Shown: piece after piece, positions 25,823 to 32,000 of the stretch
Layout: each line of letters starts with the position of its first letter
How positions within the stretch are numbered: the first letter of the stretch is position 1
Assembly (NCBI RefSeq): GCF_036688125.1
Contig: NZ_JBAFSM010000008.1
Coordinates: forward strand, 17,824-49,823
Source of the DNA: Pannus brasiliensis CCIBt3594
GTDB taxonomy: Bacteria; Cyanobacteriota; Cyanobacteriia; Cyanobacteriales; Microcystaceae
Reading direction: 5' to 3'
Length of the DNA stretch: 32,000 bases
Notes under the pieces: model-generated
The model's input: only the letters and a program-made list of their open reading frames with translations
Database searches by the model: none
What the model was told of the DNA's origin: nothing
Translations under genes and position numbers: made by a program

Positions 25823-27037
25823 ATGATTCCCGCGAGACTTCTGCCGATTATCCTGTTCGCGACCGTATCGATCGGTTGTACCCCCACCCCGAAAACCGAA
25901 TCCGGCCCCCCGAAACAACGTCCCACCACCGTCAATGTCGCCGCCGCGACCGCGGGAACCGTCGGCCGCGCCCTGTCCTACACGGGGACGACACGACCGT
26001 TACAAACGGTCTCGGTACGATCGCGCGTCGAGGGTCAATTATTAAACCTTACGGTAGATGCGGGCGATCGAGTGACGCGGGGACAGGAGTTAGGACGACT
26101 CGACGATACCCTCCTCGCCACCGCGGTTCGGCAACAGCAGGCGCAACTAGCTTCCCTAGAGGCGGAGTTAGGACGGGCGAGAATCGAGGTGAATAACGCC
26201 AAAATCGAGGTCGATCGGCTGGAATTACAGTACCAACAGGCGAAAAACGATGCCGATCGCTTTAGCCGGTTGGCCGCGGAAGGCGCGATCCCCTTACAAC
26301 AGGCGGAAACGGCGCGCACCACGGCGGAAGTCGCCCTAAAAGCCGTGAAAAGCGCCCGATCGAGAATTCAAGTCGAGGAACAGGTGGTCGCGGGGATTCT
26401 CGGACGGATCGCGGCGCAGAAATCGGTGATCGCCCAAGAACGTCAGAAACAATCCTACGCCGTCCTGATCTCTCCCTTAAACGGCGTGGTTCTGGAGAGA
26501 ACGAGCGAACCGGGAAATTTAATTAGTACCGGCGGCGAAGTATTGAGAATCGGCGATTTCTCGCGGGTGAAAGTGGTCGTTCTCGTGTCGGAACTCGATT
26601 TACAGAGGATTCGCGAGGGACGATCGATAAATTTGACTCTAGACGCGTTCGGCGATCGAACCTTTACCGGTCGGATCTCCCGGATCTCGCCGAGCGCGAC
26701 GGGAACCGCGCGCCAGATCCCCGTCGAGATCACCCTTCCCAACCCGGACGCGACGATTAAAGGGGGATTGTTAGCGCGGGTGACATTCGCTCCCGACGCG
26801 CCGCCGACGGTGATCGTCCCGGAGGATTCGATCGCGCGCGACGGTGAAAAAACGGCGATTTTCGTGCTTTCTCCCGCGTCCGATCGGGTGGAAAAACGAT
26901 CGGTCCGCGTCGGCGAAATTATCGACGGTCGCGCCGAGATCCTCTCCGGTCTGGAACGGGGGGAACGTTTCGTCGTCAACAGTAGTAAACCCCTCAAAGA
27001 CGGGGAGAAAGTCCGCGTGAGTGTATTATCGAAGTAA
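25823..27037 (+). CDS. efflux transporter periplasmic adaptor subunit (HlyD/MFP family) lipoprotein
   Basis: Has a lipoprotein-type signal (LFATVSIGC), a long coiled-coil hairpin (QQQAQLASLEAELGRARIEVNNAKIEVDRLELQYQQAKND...) and C-terminal beta-barrel segments typical of RND/ABC adaptor proteins. Confidence 0.85.
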   Translation: MIPARLLPIILFATVSIGCTPTPKTESGPPKQRPTTVNVAAATAGTVGRALSYTGTTRPLQTVSVRSRVEGQLLNLTVDAGDRVTRGQELGRLDDTLLATAVRQQQAQLASLEAELGRARIEVNNAKIEVDRLELQYQQAKNDADRFSRLAAEGAIPLQQAETARTTAEVALKAVKSARSRIQVEEQVVAGILGRIAAQKSVIAQERQKQSYAVLISPLNGVVLERTSEPGNLISTGGEVLRIGDFSRVKVVVLVSELDLQRIREGRSINLTLDAFGDRTFTGRISRISPSATGTARQIPVEITLPNPDATIKGGLLARVTFAPDAPPTVIVPEDSIARDGEKTAIFVLSPASDRVEKRSVRVGEIIDGRAEILSGLERGERFVVNSSKPLKDGEKVRVSVLSK

Positions 27038-27128
27038 AGCCCTCCGATTTCGCGTTCTCTCCATTGCACCGTCCTCTCTCCACATCCGAAGCCCTCTCTC
27101 GATCGATTTCCGAACCGTTACATCCTTT

Positions 27129-27683
27129 ATGCTCACCGGCCTATTAGCGGTACTTTCGGCGGCGGCGGCGGCCGGTTTGCGCGTCGCCTTACCCCTATTG
27201 GTCATCGGACTAATCCGTACCGAATTCTGGGAAAATATCCCGTTTCTCTCGCGGTTTAACCCGCGGGTTTTGCTGACTATTTTGATCGTTTGGTCTTTAT
27301 TCGAGTTATTCGCCTCGAAAAACCTCTTGGGACAACGCGTGTTACAGGTTTTCTCCCTGATCGGTAGCCCGATCGTCGGCGCGCTGATCAGTGTTGCCGT
27401 GGCGAAAGCGATCGGCCCGTCCGAACTCCCCCTCTGGTTACTCGCGTTACTGGGGGGATTATTGGCGTTAACCATCAAATTAGTTCAGATAGGTTGGTTT
27501 TTCCGTCTGCGCGGTCTACCACTCTGGGTAACGGCGATCGAGGATCTTCTCTGTATCGGGTTGGTTTTCTTCGCCTTCCGCGCGCCCCAACAGGGGGGAT
27601 TGATCGCCCTCTTCCTCCTCTGGCTCGTCATTCGCAGTTCCACGGCCTGGCGGAAATGGTATCTTCGGGGTCGATCGAAGTGA
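27129..27683 (+). CDS. DUF4126-like polytopic membrane protein
   Basis: Contains four to five hydrophobic helices. The Met at 27129 (MLTGLLAVLSAAAAAGLRVALPLLVIGL) is preferred over the ORF-track start at 27021, which overlaps the upstream gene. The family call is from recollection. Confidence 0.6.
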   Translation: MLTGLLAVLSAAAAAGLRVALPLLVIGLIRTEFWENIPFLSRFNPRVLLTILIVWSLFELFASKNLLGQRVLQVFSLIGSPIVGALISVAVAKAIGPSELPLWLLALLGGLLALTIKLVQIGWFFRLRGLPLWVTAIEDLLCIGLVFFAFRAPQQGGLIALFLLWLVIRSSTAWRKWYLRGRSK

Positions 27684-27695
27684 GGGAGTGGATCG

Positions 27696-29270
27696 TCAAT
27701 CCCGTCCCCCGCGACGGTTTCTCGATCGCCGTCGTCGCGGTTGCAACCATCGCCAGATCCGGATAATCAGTTCCTCGATCCAGAGGATCATCGTGTCTAA
27801 CCACGCTAAAATCCGCTCTAAGGGGTGCTTTTCGTAACCGACGGGGGTATATTGCGTTTCCCACCATTCTGACTCGCTCTCGCTCGGTGTATCCGGGGCG
27901 ATCCGATCGATCCGGTTCGGCGAGGACGGCACCGGTCGCGTCTCCTCCGGCGGTTCCACGGGCGCGATATCGGTCGGGTTCACTTTCGGCAGGACGATCT
28001 CGGCTCGGGGCTTGGTTACTTTTTGTATCGATTTCGGGCTTGATTCTTGACTTATTTTGTGTTTCGTGTTAATAGGGGGCGGCGGCAGAGGAACCGAGTC
28101 GGGTAGACGAGCGGGAATCGATTCGGTGATTTCTGGCGATTCTCGGGGATAGGGTCGGGTATTGGCGAAAAGATCGTCCACTTCTAACCAAGGGTCGTCA
28201 TCGCTCGCGGAGAGGGAGGGAACGGTCGCGGGAGCGAAAAAGTGATCGATCGCCGCTTGAATAATTCGGGCGATCGAGAAGGGATCTTCTCCCGGTCGCG
28301 TTTCGATGCCGTCTTGTACCCGTCGGACGGAGACGGTTTCCCGGACGGTTACGGTGCCGGTTTCCGGGAGAGAGAGGGTTTCGTTAGCGTCCCCGATCGA
28401 ACTTCCGGACGCGCTGAAAAAGTGATCGATCGCCCCGTAAATCAACCAGTACAAGCGCCACGCGCGGGATGTTTCCGAGTCGGGTAGCGCGGTTTCGGGG
28501 ACGGTTTCGATACTCGCGCTTTCCGGGGGAACGATCGAACCGTTGACTTCGGGAATCGTGGTGAGAGATTTGGTTTCTAACTCGGCTAACCGTCGATCGA
28601 TCGCCTCGATAATCGGGGTGATCGCGATCGGGGGAAGGGGAATTTCCGGGGGAACCGAGATCGGGGGACGGGTGGGAACGATCGAGGATTCCCCGAACAG
28701 ATCGATCGTCATCGCGACCGGCCCGGTCTGTTCCCAGCGGATCAATTCCCAAAACCAACGGATCGGGGGGAGAACTTTTTCTTTGGTTTTTTCAAAGCTA
28801 GGGGGGAGGGATAACGCTTTCCGGTTCGAGCGATCGAGTTGACGGCGATCGTGATAATAATTCGCGAGCGTCGCGACGATCTGTTTCTGTAATTTCTCTT
28901 GAAAAGACGTATCGGCGATCGGGATCGTTCGTTCCTTCTCCGTTACCAACTGTAACTCGTGATTCTCCAAATCGGTCGCGATGCCGGTGACATTGATTTC
29001 CCCGACGGCGATCGTGTCGAGAAAGCGATCGATCTCGATCGTCGGGGTTTCCGCGACGGGGGATAATTGTTTCTGTACCGCTTGCCCTAAACCGGTTCCC
29101 ATCCTTCTCGCGCTCTGTACGAGGAGGTAAATCGGGTACAGGACGATCTGGAATCCCAGCGAGAGAGTATTCCGCGCGCTTCGGGTGGCGCGTCCGAGTC
29201 GATCTTTGAAACGGTTCGATCGACGGACGATCAGCTTGAATAGCCGACTTTTATAGGGAGAAGAGGGCAT
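27696..29270 (-). CDS. hypothetical protein (about 524 aa; one N-terminal TM, Pro-rich segments, duplicated AIDHFF motif, Trp/Arg-rich C-terminus)
   Basis: Long clean ORF. The ORF-track start is 29396, but the Met at 29270 (MPSSPYKSRLF) seems more plausible. A 19-bp exact repeat GAAAAAGTGATCGATCGCC at 28236 and 28416 encodes the duplicated motif. Confidence 0.6.
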   Translation of the reverse strand: MPSSPYKSRLFKLIVRRSNRFKDRLGRATRSARNTLSLGFQIVLYPIYLLVQSARRMGTGLGQAVQKQLSPVAETPTIEIDRFLDTIAVGEINVTGIATDLENHELQLVTEKERTIPIADTSFQEKLQKQIVATLANYYHDRRQLDRSNRKALSLPPSFEKTKEKVLPPIRWFWELIRWEQTGPVAMTIDLFGESSIVPTRPPISVPPEIPLPPIAITPIIEAIDRRLAELETKSLTTIPEVNGSIVPPESASIETVPETALPDSETSRAWRLYWLIYGAIDHFFSASGSSIGDANETLSLPETGTVTVRETVSVRRVQDGIETRPGEDPFSIARIIQAAIDHFFAPATVPSLSASDDDPWLEVDDLFANTRPYPRESPEITESIPARLPDSVPLPPPPINTKHKISQESSPKSIQKVTKPRAEIVLPKVNPTDIAPVEPPEETRPVPSSPNRIDRIAPDTPSESESEWWETQYTPVGYEKHPLERILAWLDTMILWIEELIIRIWRWLQPRRRRSRNRRGGRD

Positions 29271-29536
29271 GGATTTCCGGAGGGGGCATTCTTCTCTAGA
29301 GTAGCTTACCACGATGGCTCGCGAGCGCGGGTAGCTTGTCCGGAGCGGGGTGCGGTTTCCCCGGTAGATCCGCGACTCGCGCGACGACAAAAACAACCAA
29401 ATTTCGCCAGTAAAAAGGCTGAAAACGGGTTCGATCGCTCTTTTTACGCGAAGTTTTGTAACAAAACACTTCCGCCCGTTAAAGGCTTGATTATAATTTC
29501 GGACAGAAATTTACAATTCAAGCGTAATTTGGCATT

Positions 29537-30268
29537 ATGTTACGAAAATTCGCTTTTTTAGGCGGTGGAATGGCTTCGATCGCCCTTGCCACCCTCTCGA
29601 TCGCCGTCGATCAACCGGCCGCTCGCGCCGCTTGTCTGATCGCCGATGGTTCATCCTACACCGATCGACCGTATAACCAAGCGGATGTTATCGCCTCTTT
29701 CGCGGGATCGAATTGCACGGCCGTCACGTTAACCCAGGATACTACCTTCTATCGTTATTACAGTTTCCCGCTCTCGCCGAACGTTAATAAAGGTCGCTAC
29801 CTGACTAGCGATTTTTTCGATCTTAATTCCGAAGCGATCGTCAAATTAGCCCTATATCCTTTCCCTCCCAACGTACAATTTCAAAATTTCGCCTACTTCC
29901 GAGAGGAGGTATTGGTCACAGCGGGGACAACTCTCTATCAGGGGATCGCCGGCCCTCAACCGGTGAGCGACCCGAATTCCTGCTACGCGGGAGGGGCCAG
30001 CCAATTTTTCTACGACGGGCCGAACGTTAGTAATAATTCAAACATCACCTTCACCTACGATGCCGACTTAACGCGAGATACCCGATATATCAATCCCTAC
30101 GGAGTCGGCGATCCCTGCGGTATCCAAGTTCCCGAACCCTCACCGATTTCGAGCGTGGGAGCGATCGCCGCTCTCGGTTTCGCGGCCGTCTTCCACCGCT
30201 CGTTAACCGCTCCGAAAAGAAGGAAAAAATCGTTCCCGGCGATCGAGAGAATTTCGGTTAAGCGCTAA
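29537..30268 (+). CDS. secreted PEP-CTERM sorting-domain protein
   Basis: Has an N-terminal signal peptide (..SIAVDQPAARA) and a C-terminal VPEPSPISSVGAIAALGFAAVF...KRRKK. That is the PEP motif, a TM helix and a basic cluster. Confidence 0.75.
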   Translation: MLRKFAFLGGGMASIALATLSIAVDQPAARAACLIADGSSYTDRPYNQADVIASFAGSNCTAVTLTQDTTFYRYYSFPLSPNVNKGRYLTSDFFDLNSEAIVKLALYPFPPNVQFQNFAYFREEVLVTAGTTLYQGIAGPQPVSDPNSCYAGGASQFFYDGPNVSNNSNITFTYDADLTRDTRYINPYGVGDPCGIQVPEPSPISSVGAIAALGFAAVFHRSLTAPKRRKKSFPAIERISVKR

Positions 30269-30315
30269 AAAAAAGGAGTTATTTTTTCTCGCTCTCCCCC
30301 CTGTTCGGGCGAAAA

Positions 30316-30960
30316 TTAACGCTCCGTCGCTCTAGTCGCTTTTTTCCAGGTTCGTAATCCCCCGATCGCCATGACGAGTAAAATCGCGTACAGCAGGGAG
30401 AGAAAGATCACCCCTTTCGCGCGATAGAGTCCGATGGCGATCGAATCCACGACGATCCAGTAATACCAACTCTCCACGTATTTCCCCGGCATCAGCGCCA
30501 TCGCGGTAAAACTCATCCCCGTCGTCAGCGCGTCGAGATAGGGAAAATCCGCGGGTTCCGGGAAGATAACGGGAAGAAAAAGGTGTATTCGGCTCATTAT
30601 CGCCCCCCAAACCATCGAGACGGCGATCGTCCCCGTAGCGATCGCCAGAATCCGCACCGGGGAACCGTAACGGGTTTTTAACGTTCGATCGCTTTCCCGA
30701 TCGCGCCATCGCCACCACCCGTAAATACTGACGATTAAATAATAAATCTGCTCTAAAAAATCCGAATACAGGCGGATCTGGTAAAAAAGCACCATATACA
30801 GCAGAACGCTGGCGATACCGACCGGCCAGGTTAAAATATTCCCTCTCGCGATCAACCATACCGATCCCAGATAGAGAATCGTCCCCGCGAGTTCGAGATA
30901 ACTGACGGAGTAACCCAAAACCGTGAAAGCGATCGAATTCACGCTCCAAAATTCCAGCAT
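30316..30960 (-). CDS. pnuC: nicotinamide riboside transporter PnuC
   Basis: 214-aa polytopic membrane protein. The N-terminal pattern ...LELAGTILYLGSVWLIARGNILTWPVGI...YGWWRW is typical of PnuC. Confidence 0.8.
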   Translation of the reverse strand: MLEFWSVNSIAFTVLGYSVSYLELAGTILYLGSVWLIARGNILTWPVGIASVLLYMVLFYQIRLYSDFLEQIYYLIVSIYGWWRWRDRESDRTLKTRYGSPVRILAIATGTIAVSMVWGAIMSRIHLFLPVIFPEPADFPYLDALTTGMSFTAMALMPGKYVESWYYWIVVDSIAIGLYRAKGVIFLSLLYAILLVMAIGGLRTWKKATRATER

Positions 30961-31003
30961 TCACAAGACCTCTCGCGGAATTCAAAAATTGTCCTGTGGT
31001 TAG

Positions 31004-31038
31004 GGAGTCAGGAGTCAGGAGTCAGGAGCCAGGAGGAA
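31004..31038. repeat. heptamer tandem repeat (GGAGTCA)x3 plus two degenerate units (GGAGCCA, GGAGGAA)
   Basis: Read directly from the sequence: GGAGTCA GGAGTCA GGAGTCA GGAGCCA GGAGGAA. It lies 44-78 nt upstream of the pnuC start (minus-strand gene). Confidence 0.9.
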
Positions 31039-31155
31039 GAATAAAGAAGATTATAAGTAATTTTTTTAGTAAATGCCTATTTATCATCTACAATTCCAGT
31101 CTTTGAAGTTTTTAGACCATCGAAAATGAATTGTGCAAGAGGTCTATTGTTATCC

Positions 31156-32000
31156 CTAGAAATTCGCATCGGATGAGAATAATTCTAAAAGATTCCCGTA
31201 TTTTCGGTATCGTGATAGTACGCGCTTCACGAATCCTACCCTGGTTTCTAAATCGCCGCGTAAGCGGAAAAAAGGTACTTTCCGAAGAACGAGATCGCTA
31301 ACGACCCGCTTTTGAAAGATCGTTCGATCGACTTCCCCGGAACGATCCCAAGTATCATCGTAAGGGATATCCGTCTCGCACAGGAAAACCAGATCGTACC
31401 GGGAAATCGCTGTAAGAGCGAGATTCGCCAATTCCGGGGCGACCCGATCGTGATAGTGTAGGGAAAATTGATAGGTAGTCAGCGCGTTCGTATCGGTAAA
31501 TAGGTAACGATCCGCTTGTTGTACGAGAATTTCCTCGCGTTCGAGATGTCCGCGCGCGATCTCTACCAATTGCTCGATCGAGAGTCGTCGATCGACCTGA
31601 TACTTTTCCCAGTATTCCCGTCCGTACTCCGGCATATAAACCGTAGCGTACTCTTCCGCCAGACGACGCGCGATCGTCGATTTGCCGGTGGAAGGCGCGC
31701 CGAGAAAGACTATATTCGCGATCAGATCCCGATAGACGCGGGGGTGCAAATACTGGCGCCATCGTCCCGGATCTTGTCGGATCATCGTCCCGGAGATAGG
31801 AACCGTTTGGCGATCGGGATCGACGAGACGATTTACCGCGCCCAGTGCCAAGCTCATGTGTCGCCCGTAAAACTCGCTAGAGTAAAAATGGCTGATTTTT
31901 TGCGATCCGAGCCGTCTGAGAATATAATCTTCCTGTTTTTGCCGAATTTCTGGGGTATTGCCCACCTCGATCGGGCCGTCCCAAGCCTCAATGACATCTA
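31156..32000 (-). CDS. nadR: NadR-like protein, partial (C-terminal ribosylnicotinamide kinase P-loop domain plus end of NMN adenylyltransferase-like domain; 5' end beyond window)
   Basis: The Walker A is FLGAPSTGKSTIARRLA, followed by EYGREYWE. The reading frame stays open from 31965 to the window edge (…DVIEAWDGPIEVGNTPE…), so the GTG at 31965 is probably not the true start. Confidence 0.7.
   Translation of the reverse strand, partial: DVIEAWDGPIEVGNTPEIRQKQEDYILRRLGSQKISHFYSSEFYGRHMSLALGAVNRLVDPDRQTVPISGTMIRQDPGRWRQYLHPRVYRDLIANIVFLGAPSTGKSTIARRLAEEYATVYMPEYGREYWEKYQVDRRLSIEQLVEIARGHLEREEILVQQADRYLFTDTNALTTYQFSLHYHDRVAPELANLALTAISRYDLVFLCETDIPYDDTWDRSGEVDRTIFQKRVVSDLVLRKVPFFRLRGDLETRVGFVKRVLSRYRKYGNLLELFSSDANF

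Noticed and set aside
30332-30985. 217-aa ORF overlapping pnuC in another frame on the same strand
   Set aside because: Its Arg/Gly/Asp-rich composition has no hydrophobic helices, whereas the 30316-30960 frame gives a coherent PnuC-like polytopic membrane protein.
30961-31155. NAD+-II (pnuC-motif) riboswitch upstream of pnuC
   Set aside because: That motif is known from Streptococcus-type pnuC leaders. I cannot recognise its pseudoknot core here, and the region is dominated by a heptamer repeat and AT-rich sequence.

Overview
This window looks like a cyanobacterial chromosome segment. The evidence is saturation with the HIP1 octamer GCGATCGC and its CGATCG core, a panC-cmk fusion gene, ndhS, a CpcT/CpeT-like gene, a PatA-type regulator and a PEP-CTERM protein. 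All protein calls rest on motifs read from the supplied translations; no database search was run. I support about 30 protein genes, mostly housekeeping: dapB, rlpA-like, panC/cmk, mnmE, ndhS, mtnD, def, dnaA, dnaN, hisB, pnuC and a nadR-like gene cut by the right edge. Signalling genes include a CheY-like regulator, a PAS-GGDEF-EAL protein and a PatA-like protein with a degenerate receiver. I found no rRNA, intact tRNA, CRISPR array, transposase or integrase. The dnaA-dnaN spacer carries three co-oriented TTTTCCACA-type DnaA boxes and is a likely oriC. Structure not explained by genes: (1) three copies of a ~130-140 bp G-rich/C-rich inverted-repeat element at 1.2, 3.5 and 23.1 kb; (2) a promoter-to-terminator unit on the minus strand at ~1.0-1.15 kb, a candidate sRNA or 35-aa micro-ORF; (3) a tRNA-like 3' fragment in the leader of the GGDEF-EAL gene; (4) short tandem repeats of 7, 8, 18 and 72 bp. 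The best candidate for an accessory or undescribed module is a visibly AT-richer two-gene cassette at 14.9-15.55 kb, whose first gene lacks CGATCG. It encodes a 135-aa unknown protein followed by a translationally coupled 82-aa winged-helix-like protein, and is bracketed by an 11/12 inverted repeat.
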